Below the pieces are notes generated by a model. It was not told the DNA's origin, did not search any database, and was given only the letters and a program-made list of their open reading frames with translations. Of a DNA stretch of 64,000 nt, positions 39,101 through 52,204 are shown piece by piece; within the stretch, counting starts at the first letter, position 1; each line of letters begins with the position of its first letter. The DNA is taken from the NCBI RefSeq assembly GCF_009834535.1, contig NC_045697.1, forward strand, positions 101,000,001-101,064,000, written 5' to 3'. This DNA comes from Camelus ferus (Eukaryota). The translations under genes and the position numbers were made by a program.

Positions 39101-41489
39101 AATATAGTTATTTTATCTTTACTGTCACTTTAATCATAATCAAAATTTAAGAGACCTCTTAAAAAATTTTTATATTCCAAATATAGCTCAAGGAACAATG
39201 TTTTCATCTCTCCTTTGGTATTGTTTCTAAAATTCTCATCATAAAGCTTTTAAACGGAGCTCCAGTATCAGGGGAGGAATTTTAAAAAGGCAAAAAAAAA
39301 AAAAAAAAAAAAGTCAGTAGAGCTGGGGGTCTGAAGCGTAGTTCCAAATACATGATTATGTCCAAAAGTGGAAATCTGGGCAATTAAGTCGCTTCTCCCA
39401 GCCCCTGGCCCAGCTGTCCACAGACGGGCACCGTCAGGCTCAGTTTCTCTGTCTTCTCTCTCACAAATCTGGGTCCCAGACAAGGTACTCCACCCTCCTG
39501 GGCCTCAGTTTCTGTATGAAAAAGCTGCACATGGCAACTCTATCTGTCTCAGTTATTGTTACGAGAATTAAAGTAACCCAGGAAAAGCACTTACTACATT
39601 GCTGGGAAAATAGAAACTATTGCATAAATAAAGTATTGCATAAATGCTAGCTTGCAGAGTGATTAAGGAAAATATGCCCAGAGGTCAGATGACTTAAACA
39701 TATTATAAATCTACTTTAAAATACTTTTTGGAAAAGGCAGGGTATTAAAAATAAAAAGTCTGTGAGAAATTCCTATTATTAAAGAAAAGGAAATACATAT
39801 TTAAAACTACAAATTCAATCCAGGGAAATATAAATCTAATTTATATTTAAATTAGATTTAAATATATCTTCTAAAGAAATTCTAGATAAAACGTGGGGAA
39901 AAAAAACCAAAGATACAAAGGTTATGTCGTCCTTTAAAGTTATTAATGTTGAGCACACGTTACCTAGGATTCCTTACAGCTCAAATTTTTATTAGATCAT
40001 GTGGAATGTTTATCAGATCCTGAGAAATGTCTGGATGAAATCAAAGAACGTTAAGACTTAAGACATCACCAGTCTGTAAATGAAGAAACAGGGCCCATAG
40101 GCGTTAACTGGCTTCCACCTGCTCACAGAACTAGCTGATAATGCAGAGGCCAAGTTAGAAATCAGGTTTCTTGCTCTTCAGTTGAGAATTCTTTCATCTC
40201 CATCACGCTGTGCCTCATTTCCAGGACAGGTGGTAATTCCCTTTCCTTCCGACTGGCTCTCTGCCCGCACGACGTGTGGCTTTGACCTTTCTTGCCGGCT
40301 CGTGACAGTGCAACACTCCCCATTATCGTTCTTGTGCAAGCACCCACAGCAGATATCATTAAATTGCTAGATGTACGATTTCACTCACTCACCTGCCTGG
40401 AGGGTGATATCAAGCAGGGTGGAGAAAGTGGGGCATCCGTCTCAATCCCTGGCCCTTTTCTGCGGGGAGTGTACAAATAAACCATTCATCCCGCCAGCCC
40501 TTGCAGGAACTCGGTGCAAGTCACAGATATTCAGAATGCTCACCAGGGCTGCATACCTCCCTGAAGCAAGTCCTCGATGGTCCAGTTCCCTGGCTGAACC
40601 ATACAACTTGAGAGCCCAGAGGAAGTACACCCCCATACTCGTTGCCAGGAGCTGGTTAAATCTACATCACCTATGTTCATCTCACAAAGCCTTTATCCAA
40701 AGTATAGGTTTCCTTTTTATTACAACTTGCTTAAGACTGTAAAGAAATGTACAGAACACATTTGAAGCATTTATAAGAATAGACTTAGTTCAATTTTTAA
40801 ATTGAAGGACTCAGCGGCTAGAGTCCTTAGCACATTGTAATGGCCGAGCCATTACCAGCTCTATGTTCTGGGCCAAGAACTTAAACTCTCAAGGACTTTT
40901 TCAGCATCCAGAGGATATTCTGAGGAGTGATGAGATGTATATTAGCCAGTGGTACTCATAGCTGCTCAAGTGTAGCAATTCTCTAGCCAGAGTACCACAT
41001 ACTCTGAGGGTATTAGAAAGCCAAGGCAAGCTGACTTATTCTTATTTAAGCTCACTCATGCCATGCTTGAGATTCAGTTTCAGTAATCTAATTGCCATTT
41101 TGTGGAATTCCAATGTGTCATAAAATGTGCTCATTTTTGCCATATTATTGTAATTATTTTTAGACACCCTCTCTTTTATTATTCTGGTGGTTCTAAAAAA
41201 TATAAGATGGTTGGCAAACCAAAATTATGGTATGCTTCCTAATGCATTCAAAATGTATATCATGATTTGTTAATTTCCAGGCACAGAACTAGGACTATCA
41301 CAGCGAACAAATAAACAGGACCTTTGCTCTCATGCAGTTTAACATCTAGTAAGAGTGCAGAGGCATTAATACCCATTCCACCAAAGCTTCATTACTAATA
41401 GCATCTTGATTTTGTTTAAATGGGAGTTGTACCCAGATTCCCTCCTACCTAGGAACTCTGCTCTTCTCAGTGATACGTCAGTGGCAGAA

Positions 41490-41629
41490 CAGTCGGCCTT
41501 CTGTATCCTGGGGTGCAGAACCCAGTGATAAGGGACCCGTGGAAATGAAGGACCGACTGTAGGGACTTGAGCATCGGTGGGTTTTGGTAGCCACCAGGGA
41601 TCTTGAGACCAATCCCTTAGGAACAACTG
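41490..41629. mobile_element. MER2/MER8-type Tigger MITE
   Basis: cagtcggccttctgtatcc...gggacttgagcatcggtgggttttggta...ccaatccc...caactg|ta. Confidence 0.7.
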
Positions 41630-43029
41630 TATATCTATTGAGTTTTCCCAGCAAGTTACTGTTTTCCAGAATTGAAGGAAAAGAATGAGTCGATCAGAGG
41701 CTTCAATCTGGAATATGATACTTGGAGGTATACTGGTCAGATCGGACCATAGTTTAAAAAAGGAAGAGTAGGACGATGGGTGGAGCCTGGTTGCTTTAAG
41801 CCATTTTGCAGCCTTGGACAGTTTCCCCATGGCTTTTTTCTAACACGAGAAAAGTAAGTCCGTTACCTTAAGCTAACCTTTATCTGGTTACTTGCCTCTC
41901 CACGCATTCCTAGCTGATGTAATAGGCATGGCACAGAATGTCCACTGAGAATTTTCTTTTGGTCCAAGAATTACAGCTGAGTCTTTGTCAAAGATGAGGA
42001 CACAAGATACCAAATGTTCCACATTACAAGTTCAGAGATCTCATCACAGGGCCTAAAGAGAAGCCAGTTTAGAGAAACTGGACTATTCGTAACCATGACA
42101 CAGCCAGTTAATATAAAGGTGGTGTTACCAGAGAGGGTAGGTCTGAATTTAGGGAATATGCAATTTAGGAAATAAGGCAAATCTGTCTGTTCTTTACCCT
42201 CAGCAAGACACCTCTATCCTCAAGCCCAAACCCCAGGTCAAGGGAGCCTGGGGCCTAAAAACTCACTTATTAAACTTGAAGGTGTCCAAATCATCTTCAC
42301 TTCTACTGTGTTGGGAACTGGTGATTGTGTCTCCTTTGAGAATCATCGATTACTCGATGCTGCTGGGACTTACTAAGAGGGCTGGCAGAGAGATGGCTCA
42401 GCCAGAACCAGAATCCCCACGGGCGGGAAATATACGCTGGGAAAGGACCTCCCCAAAATACCTATATTTGTGCTCAAAGGAGAGCCAGCATTTCACCATC
42501 CGCCACAAAGAGGACTCAGATAGTCAGCGTCAGGCTGAAAAGCATCAACACCAGCATAAAGGGAAATGCACCCTCACTGTGGCCAAGCACAGAAGGAACC
42601 CCTCCCCTTTCCTTTCTCCTTGTCATAGCCACTGAGTGGTAAGAGGGGAGAGGGCATGTGTGAGAGTGGACCAGGCTCCCCCTCCACCACAGCTGCTAGA
42701 GGTTCAGAGCTGTCTACAGCCTGCCCTGGGAAATGGTGGACGAGGGGGAAAGAAAACAATGTAAAAGCAGACAAAACCCTCAAGTTTTAAAATAAGTAAG
42801 ATATATTCCAAAACCTTGAATGAGAGGAAAAAACAGGGGGAAACTTACATGATTAGGCCAAGATGTCATTAAAACCTCAAGCAAGGGAGCTTTAACACAA
42901 AGGAGTTGTGGAAGTGAGCAGTTAGAGGACAAAAGATTAAACCAGCTCATCTTTCTTGAACTTCAAAAGATAAATAATTTAAAAAAATTTTTAAGTTATT
43001 AAGATTTACAAATTTAATTTTTTTTGCAA

Positions 43030-43375
43030 TTTGCAGCAACATGGATGGACTTGGAGAGCATTATGTTTAGTGAAATAACTCAGACAGAGAAAGACAAATA
43101 CCGTATGATATTAATTATATGTGGAATCTAAAAAAATACAACGAACTAGTGAATAAAACAAAAAAAGAAACAGACTCACAGATATAGAGAACAAAGTAAT
43201 GGTTACCAGTGGGGAAAGGGAAGCTAGGAGGGGCAAGATGAGGGGAAGGGACATGATGGGGGGGAGGGGCAAGACGGGGGAGGGGCAAAAAAGGGGTTAT
43301 TATGGGATTTATGAAATCATATGTGTGAAACTCCTGAAAATTTTAAAGCACTAAAGAATTTTTTAAAAATTTTAA
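43030..43375 (+). mobile_element. 5'-truncated LINE-1 3' end with an expanded G-rich tract
   Basis: tttgcagcaacatggatggacttggagagcattatg...cagacagagaaagacaaatac...ggttaccagtgggg. Confidence 0.9.
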
Positions 43376-44622
43376 AAGAGTTACAAAATTTCAAAAGGCC
43401 TTACATTTAATAAAGGAAATGTAAGTGTGCTGACAGCTTGCAATAGAATTCTAGTTTGATGCAGGGCTTCTGGGTGGTCATAGGCAGAAGTCTGTGACCT
43501 GAGCCCTAAGCAGGGAAAGACCGCTGGCGAGGAGCAGCGGCCGGGCAGCGGGAGGGGCACGTGGCCTGCGGGGATGGAGACCTGAGGCTGAAAGGACTCG
43601 CTGGTCCCCTGGGAGAAACCAAAGCCCACACAGTCTTGGCACTGAGATTGGTGTTGGAAGTGAGAGCAGCACAAGAGGCTGAGAACAGGGCAGGAAGGTT
43701 CACTTGAGTCAGAGAGAGTTAAGCAACCTGCCCCGGAAGGCACGAGAAGCCCGTGCTCAGCATGAGAGCACAAAGTGCCCTTCTCCCCCTTCGCTGTCAG
43801 ATGCAGAGGTGGCTGATGTTCTTCTCAGCCCTTGGGATGGCATCTGGTGCCAACGAGGAAATGAACGCTATCTAGTACAGGGCTCCCCACACCCACTGGA
43901 AGAAGGCTGCCAATTGCCCGGAGGATTTCAGGGAATTTCAAATCGGCTTTTCAGTTGGCGTAGCCACAGGGTCTCTGAGACCCAACTTATTTCCGAACTT
44001 TTCCCTCCTTTCTGAATGCAAGATCCCAGGGACTCAGCCTTCTGGGTTACCTTTTCAGGAGCCTTCACTGCCTAGTCTAGCCTTGTCTAAGCAAAATCAC
44101 CTATTACCCTCTTGCTCCCCCAACTTCTGGAAGCTGGAGATGGGATGGTTGGGAGGCAGCGGGAAGACCTCGGCAGGGCTTTCCAGCATTGGGCTGCGCT
44201 TGGGTGGCAGCTTCTGTTTTGACCTGCACTACAGGAAGCAGAAAACGTCACAGTCCCATGGCCAGTTGGTTCTCTGCCTCCTTGCTGAAGTGGTAGAGCT
44301 CACAGCTGCAATTTCCCAGCCTCTTGTTGGTTCAAGAATGTTGGCTGCGAAATCGCATCTCAGTTACCTGCAGGGCAATTTCTAGACTCATCTCTAGCCA
44401 GCAGAACCAAATACGAATCCACTTGAGAATAATTTTCAGGAGACAGAGAATGACTTCCATGCAATTCAGCAAACATGTGACAGTGCCTCCTTACAGAGTC
44501 TCACACCCTGTTAATTTAGCTCAATTTTTATTTGTCAGCCACCAGGCAGGAGGCCAGAGACAATCCAAATGATTAATTTAGAAGCAACGTGTGTGCCTTT
44601 CGGAAACATAAGAAACACTTAC

Positions 44623-44673
44623 CCCAACCTCTGGCGGAGGATCCTTATGTTCAGATAGGACACTGGTGCGAAC
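44623..44673 (-). CDS. INPP4B: INPP4B internal coding exon, 51 nt, phase 0-0 (VRTSVLSEHKDPPPEVG)
   Basis: Minus strand reads tttttctccctag|GTTCGCACC...GAGGTTGGG|gtaagt. Translation matches recalled human INPP4B VRTSVLPEHKDPPPEVG at 16/17 residues. Confidence 0.95.
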
Positions 44674-45239
44674 CTAGGGAGAAAAACAAACATTTTCTGT
44701 AGGACTTTAGAGTATAAACCCATGCAGAAGCTTCACACAGATGCTGGGTTTCATTTTCCTTCATCTGGCATCAATTCAGCTTCTGAAGTTAATCATTACT
44801 GAAGGTGCCTATGCACAACATCCTCTGTGTGCAGCAGTGAAGCCGCCCTTTTACATTTCCTGAACTCCCTGATGCTCCCAAGAAGGCAGAGCGGCCTGGA
44901 TCCTCACCTCATCACCCTCCGTCAAACACAGAGATATCTTGGCTTTAGATGAATCACTTTTAATCTCCTTGAAGAGCAACCCTCATTCCACGTTCAGGGG
45001 AAAGGACAGAGTTGGCGTAGACCAAGTCATTCCATGCATGCTTGTAAATATTTATTCTCCACATGGGCACCAAAACCCACAGTCCTTGGAGAATATCCCT
45101 CCCGCTTGAGGAATTCTGAGCCAAACTGTCAGACACTATTATCTAGATTCATTTGAAAACTAATTCTCAATTGGGGGAGAGGAAAATAGTGTAAAATAAT
45201 TAGTCATCTGGGGGAGCTTTTCATATATTTATTTTTAAA

Positions 45240-46093
45240 TTTTTTTTAATTGAAGTATAGTCAGTGACAATGTGTCAATTTCTGGTATACAGCATAGTGT
45301 CCCAGTCATGCATATATATACATATATGTATTTTCATATTCTTTTTCATTAAAAGTTATATCAAGATATTGAGTATAGCTCCCTGTGCTATACAGAAGAA
45401 ATTTGGCTTTTTATCTGTTTTTATATATAGTGGTTAATATTTGCAAATCTCAAACTCCTAAATTTATCCCTTCCCACCCCCTTTCCCCTGGTAACCATAA
45501 AATTGTTTACTATGTCTGCGAGTCTGTTTCTGTTTTGTAGATGAATTCATTAGTGTCCTCTTTTTTCTTTTCTTTTCTTTTTTTTTCAGATTCCACATAT
45601 GAGTGGTATCATATGATATTTTTCTTTCTCTTTCTGGCTTAATTCACTTAGAATGACGAACTCCAGGTCCATCCATGTTGCAGCAAATGGCATTATTTTA
45701 TTCTTTTTTATGGCTGAGTAGTATTCTGTTGTATAAATATACCACAGCTTTTTTATTCAGTCATCTGTTGATGGACATTTACATTGTTTCCATGTCTTAG
45801 CTATTGTATACAGTGCTTCTGTGAACACTGGGGTGCACGTATCTTTTTGAATTAGAATTCCCTCTGGATATATACCCAGGAGTGGGATTGTTGGATAATA
45901 AGCTAAGTCTATTTTTAGTTTTTTGAGGACTCTATACTGTTTTCCATAATGGCTGCACCAAACTACATGCCCACCAGCAGTGTAGGAGGGTCACCTTTTC
46001 TCCACATTCTCTCCAGCATTTATCGTTTGTGGACTTTTGAATGATGGTCATTCTGACTGGTGTGAGGTGATACTGTAGTTTTGATTTGCATTC
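45240..46093 (-). mobile_element. Young 5'-truncated LINE-1 (ORF2 C-terminus plus 3'UTR), sense to INPP4B
   Basis: ORF 45932..46123 contains the L1 ORF2 motif YHLTPVRM...[27 protein letters not shown]-rich tail near 45240. Confidence 0.95.
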
Positions 46094-46912
46094 CAGGTGA
46101 AATATCAACTCCTTAGATAACAAGGAGACGTATTGCTTCCCCTGAGTGCTGATCCCAGTACTGGCTGTACATTAGAATTACCTGGAGACCTTTCAAACTA
46201 CCAGTGCTCTTTCCTGTCCCCAGGTATTGATTCTAACGTATAGCTACTGAGTCCACGGTTCTCTATTTAAGAAAAAAATGTTTCACATAAAAAGAAATCA
46301 CGACTATCTTTCTTACTTAAGAAAATGCTAGTAAAAGGAAGAAGAAAACATAAAAACCTAGATCCAGTATATCTTAATTTGAAGTAAGATAAGATAAATA
46401 AACCAAATAAATACAGAGCAATATATACGCACATTCTGTTTAACTGGAGAGCAGAGGGCTGGGGGGAGGGGTGGGAGAGAGGAACTCAGGAATGTATAAT
46501 GGATCAACATTTTAGGGGGTCATTTAAACAAAATCCCTTTGGAGGTGCAGCAATGACAATCATACCTCTTTCTTTGTTTCCTTATTGCAGATCCAGCACC
46601 ATCGCCTGCACAATTTGTCAGTCATTATGGCTCAAAATTGCTCGCCAGAGCACAAAATAAATGACACAAGAGATCCCAACAGAGTAAACAACACAATTTT
46701 CAGAACGCACTCTACTCAGGATTTCATGACAGAGCACTCACTGGCTAAGAGCATTTCTAGTTTGAAGCTGCATTAATGTTCTTTGGTTCAGAACGTTCAG
46801 ATGTACCATTTGGTCTTATTACCTGGAAATCATTAACTAGTCCCAAGAGATAAGAAAACAAGGAAGCTATATATATTAATACATAGTGGGCTGTAACGGA
46901 CCATATAGAGCA

Positions 46913-47110
46913 TGTGTGTGTGTGTATGTGTGTGTGTGTGTGTGTAGACAGACTGTACATACACAGTATGTGTGTGTATACAGATAGAGATTATATACAT
47001 AGTGTGTGTACATACACACTAACAATACAGGTATATTAGAATTAACTATATGTATGGTGAATATATATTTACATACTTGCAACCTATACACACATGCATA
47101 TATGTGTGTA
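46913..47110. repeat. (TG)n / (TA,CA)-rich low-complexity block
   Basis: Direct reading. Confidence 0.85.
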
Positions 47111-47549
47111 TTTATGCAACATTTTAAGAAAATATTTGACTTCCAAATAACTTTATCCAGTGGATATGCTTAAATTTAGAAATAAAGCTAAAGAAGTCAG
47201 AAACTGGTGAGGGTAAATGTATACAGAACTGCATAAAGTGTGAGTTTGTATATATATGTATATTTTCCTAAATCAAGGCATGTCTAAATCGCTAGCAGAG
47301 TGCTTGATTTAGAAGAACTGAAAGATAAAATTGTAAACCAATTTTAAGTTTTATAAAGTCAGACTTTTATAGGATATATTTGTTTAAATCAGTATATGTG
47401 TCCAGTTCTAAAACTTGTATATTTAAGTTTAACATTACTGATGTTATAACATATAGATTACATATCAATGATGTTTTTCTCACATAATATATATCCCTCC
47501 TGACAGTGAACACAAACCACGTGGCAAACACTGGGCTTGCCAGTGAATA

Positions 47550-48060
47550 AGGTCTCATCCCCTCCCTTTGGGAATTCAGGGTCTAGTGGACAGGACAAAT
47601 GTCTGAATAGTCCAGGACAATGTAATAAGTTCTGTAGTGAGCATTTTCCTGTGGGCATTCAGAGTGAAGAGTAACTCACTGAGCCTGGGAGTGTCAGGAA
47701 AGGCTTCACACAGAGGTGGTCTGGGTTTTGAAGAATGAATAGGAGTTTCAGGCAGGGGAAGATATGACAAAGCAAGCAGGGTGTTATATAACAGGTATGC
47801 ATCATGGAGATGAAAAAGCCCATTTGTGTTTGGAAAAGAGTGAGTATTCTGATGCTGCTATAGCATGGGGGCCTCCAGGGAAGGGACAAGAGTTGAATAT
47901 ATTTGGGGAGAGAGATGGGGCCATTTGCCTAGACAGAGGTCTATCTATCATGTTATAGCATTGCAGCTGCAGGAAAATTTGTGGTCAACAGGAAATCAAG
48001 GAAGGTGTTTGGATAGAGAAGTGACATGATCAGAACCCCATGAATCACACCAGTTCTGAC
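47550..48060 (-). mobile_element. LINE-2 fragment
   Basis: gtcaggaaaggcttcacacagaggtgg...gaaggtgtttggatagagaagtgacatgatcaga. Confidence 0.7.
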
Positions 48061-48182
48061 CAGAGTCACGTTGGAAGAATCATTTAACCTCTTTGCGTCT
48101 CTTATCTTGAACATGGAATTAAAACAGACCCATAGGCGGTGGTAGTACATCTTTCCAGCACATAGAGCAGTACCTGCCACCA

Positions 48183-48340
48183 AGAGGGAAGGAGGGAAGA
48201 GGCAAGAAAGGAAGGGAAGGGAGAAGAGAGAAAATGAAGAGGGAAAGGAGGAAAAGAAAGAAGAAAGGAAGAGGGGAGAGGTGACAGAGGACACACAGGA
48301 GGAGGCAGAGAGACAGGGAGACAGGACCGGAGGGAAGACT
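48183..48340. repeat. GA-rich polypurine tract
   Basis: Near-pure purine run on the + strand. Confidence 0.85.
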
Positions 48341-49756
48341 ATGTCACTGAAAAAAATAATAAACCCTGGACAGATTTAGATGAGAAAGGGATGAAGCAAT
48401 GACGGTCACTGTAGCATCTGAAATATTCCAGTTCACCCTCCAATGTCATGCCTCCTGAGAGTTACTGGCTTTTCTTAGGAAGCTGTCTTCCCTTTTTTGG
48501 TCTTATTAGCAGTTCTTCTCCCTGTTTTTCATCCCCCTCCCTAAGCCTTCCTGGAACATAAGAACGCCTGCCTGACTACAAGTTTAAAATTCTTATAACT
48601 TCCTTTTGCTTAGATTTTTGTGATATCAAATAAAGCAAGAAAGATCAATTACTAGGAGAGGTCATGTAGATGTACATTCCATCTTCAATATCTCTTAAAG
48701 TTCCTGGAAAATAAATTCATTTCCTTCTTTATCAGCTTCATAGGCTCAAATTTCCATGTACTAAAGTTACTCTGGAAAAAAAAGAAAAACAAAGGAAAAC
48801 CAGGTAGCGTATCGTGAGTGACACGCTTTCATCAAATCCTTATCGACTCGTCCCTGAACTTGAATTGTTCCCAAGCAAGAGGCTGCTTGAGCTACCATGG
48901 CAGTGGCTGAACACAGCACTCCAACCCCTGGAGAAGAACTTCTTAAAATAGTCATCCTTGTTACAAAGAGCCCGGGCCCCGCTGCCCTGAGCACTGGAGG
49001 AGGGTGACTGCCGTACTTCGCATAGATGAGAAACGCTAGGATACGGCTGGGAATCCAGATCCAGAGAAGGGAGGCCAAGCTGCCATGACTCTGCACACCA
49101 GGATGAAGCCTGGAACTCACTGCTAGGTGAGGAAGGAGAAATCTTCCCCTGGGCGATCTCAGCTGGAAGGCGGAGGGGGAGGCGTTGGCAATAGTGGAAA
49201 AACATGTTTGGTGCAAGGAGAACGTCCAGATCCTTTCCTCTGACTACTGTCACATCTGGGAAGGTCTCTGATAATGAATATGTCATTGAAGCACATCCCT
49301 CTTTTTTTTTTTTAATAAAAATGTTACTCTAATCCTCTGTGCATCTGAAATTAGAATATGTGATATCATCACATGTATTTGTTCCACTGGGAATGAGATA
49401 CAGAATTGTCTTAATATTCAAACACATGGAAGCCTAACTGCGACAGCGGGTTTAGCCTCTTTCACAACATGAACTTTCTGGGAGGAAGCTGCCTGGTCCG
49501 GATTATATTTCCTAGGATACCTTGTATTGACAGGTAACCATATCATTAGTTTTCAGCAATAAAATATATGTAGAAGGGGTATCTGCTGCATCTGAACTAG
49601 ACTTTTCAGAAGCGGGTAGCATGCCCTCTCAACTCCCTTATCTCCTTCCAAGGAGTCCAGCTCGTAGGTGGCTGCAGAGCTGCACGTGGGTCCCAGAATG
49701 ACCACATGAAAAAAGCCATCCACCAACTGTCACTACCAGTATAGGCTGCTAACTGA

Positions 49757-50221
49757 ATCCATTAGCTTTCTCCTGCCATGTAATAAATGATCACAAACTT
49801 AGCTGATTAAAACAACATTCATTTATGAGTTCGCCATCTTTACGTCAGAAGTCCAGGCCTGGTGTGGTTGGGTTCTTCATTTGTAAAGCTCACACGGAGG
49901 TGGTGGCTGGCCACATCCTCATCTGGAGGCTTGACTAGGGGAGGGTCAGCTTCCAGCTCCCGTGGGCTGTTAGCAGAATTCAGTTCCTTACAGCTCTAGG
50001 ACTGAGGTCCCCATTATCTTGATGGCTGACAGCTGGAAGTTGCTATAAATTCCTAGAGGCCACCTTCATTCCTTGCCACATGGCCTCTTCCATTTCAAAT
50101 CCAGCAACAAAGAATCCCCTTTGCATCAAAACCTTCTCAAACTTCAGATCTTCAGACTATGCAGGGCATGTGCAACATGGGGTGGTGATCTTGAGGCCAT
50201 CTTAGAATTCTGTCCACCACA
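49757..50221 (-). mobile_element. MaLR LTR (MLT1E/F-like), apparently nested in an older oppositely oriented MLT1 remnant (about 49640-50300)
   Basis: cacaaacttagctgattaaaacaaca...gcagaattcagttcctt...catcttagaattctgtccaccaca. The flanks resemble an MLT1 3' end (taagacactgaaatttgg...cagcagccagcata). Confidence 0.75.
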
Positions 50222-51169
50222 GTGACCAAGAACTAAGCTTCCATCATGCTAAGACACTGAAATTTGGATGTTTGTATTTGTTTCAGCAGCCAGCATAACT
50301 CAGACCTCCCATATGTTCTAAGTGAAATTTTGAATTCAATTTATGGCTCTGAAGAAATAAAGAAAAATAGCTAACATTAAATCCTAATTCACTATTTTAA
50401 TGTCAACAAATACACATTATGATCTTATGTACTTATTATGATCCAGCCACTATTATAAACACTGGCGATCTCAGAGATTATGAAGACATAGTATTCCCTT
50501 AGGTAATACTAACAACATGGTAAGAGTCAAATCATGTAATAATAATTGGCAAGTATCTTCAACTGTCTAAAACCTGTCAGTTCTTAGATACTGATTTTCC
50601 AATTGTTTAATTTTTGTTGTAGATGGAGAAAATGATTGCTGTACAAATTGAAATTATTTAGATCACTGAATTTTAGAGATGGAAGGGGTCTTAGAAACAA
50701 CCTAGAAAAACTACCTATGCAATGTGAAAATTTTATCTGAAATACCCCTGGGAAGTACATTTAAAATTTCTCCTTAAATATGTTTAACTTCTAGTTGACT
50801 ACCTCACTAATCATTGTAGAGATGGTGTTGCAAACTCATATACCCAAAGACTCCAAGCAGGTTAAGTTAATGAAAGAAATGGGCTGAGAATAAGAGACAA
50901 TAGGGATGGGGGAGGACTGTGGCAAAATGGAAATCACATTCTCAGTCTATAATGAGCAGCAGCTATCCAGCGCCAAAGGATTAAAAAAAAAAACTTCCTG
51001 TGAAAAATGTACGCAACTAACAACAATAGGTAAATCCTACTTCTTCTTCAGGTGGGCTGTTATCAGTATTTACTTACTTTTACCAGAAATGGGCCTGGCA
51101 ATGAGGTGAGTGGTCAAAGCAGGCCCAGTACTATTTCAGTTAAAAAAAAAAAAAAAGAGCTATCCTAAA

Positions 51170-51350
51170 AGAGTTGTTCTCAATCGTGACAACACATTAG
51201 AATCATCTGGGATATTTTTAATGCCAATTTCCAAGCCAAATTCCAGAATAATTAAATCAGAATCTTTGAAGAAAGGATCCTGGCATTAGTAATTTTTAAG
51301 GCTCACTCCCCACTTGATTTCAATGTGCAGCCAAAGCTAAGAACTACTGC
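51170..51350. mobile_element. MER5A-like hAT-Charlie element
   Basis: cacattagaatcatctggg...aattaaatcagaatct...aatgtgcagccaaagctaagaactactg. Confidence 0.75.
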
Positions 51351-51492
51351 TCTAAAATAAATGAGCTTTTTTTGAGTGTGAGCCTCATAAACTAACCCCA
51401 ACTCCTAAACAAGTTCACAAAAATGCAATGTGCAATGGTCCAGCGTTAGAATAAAGCTTCTTTGGAAACACATTTTTTAAATTAAAAAAAAT

Positions 51493-51630
51493 ATTTTTAA
51501 TTGAAGTGTAGTTGATTTATGATGTTAGTTTCAGATGTACAACAGAGCAATTCAGTTACATATATATACACACACATACATACATACATGTATATTTCAG
51601 ATTATTTTCCATTATAGCTTATTACAAGAA
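51493..51630 (-). mobile_element. Short LINE-1 3' end
   Basis: tttttaattgaagtgtagttgattta...tttcagattattttccattatag. Confidence 0.8.
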
Positions 51631-52204
51631 ATTAAATAAAAGTTAACAAAACTCAGAACTGGAAGCAATCTTAGACATTATTTATTGGGCAATGTTTCTT
51701 AAACTCTAGTGTGCACAACCATCACCTACTGGTCTGCAGCTGGTCAGGAGGATGGTCTGAGGACCATGCCCTAGAAGCTTATTTTAGAAATGCAGAGTCT
51801 CAGGTTCATTCTAGACATACTGAATCAGTCTTCACGTCATCGAGTAATTCATATGCATGTTAAAGTTTGAGAAAGTCTGGTCTAGGGTGCTTTTGAGTGA
51901 AACAGGTCATAGATGAGAACGGTAGGTATTCATTTTCATGGAAACATGCCTAAATAAGGAATGGAGTGTATTCTTCTGGTTATGAAGGTATCTAGTAATT
52001 AAAAAAAAAATGACAAGCACCTGTAAAAGTTCCAGATAGTATTTTCTTTCAGAGATGCCCTTTCCTTTGTTATGCTTTGTGGCATCATGTCATGGGGAAA
52101 AGGCTGTTTTCTCATCATCAAGTCAGGGATTGATCTGGGACAGAGCTGGGCTGGGATTTTGGGAAGACTCAGTGTTGGAGGCCAAATCTCCACCTTCCCA
52201 ACTC

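Noticed and set aside
41366..41830. 154-aa minus-strand ORF
   Set aside because: Runs through a Tigger-type MITE and has no recognisable homology.
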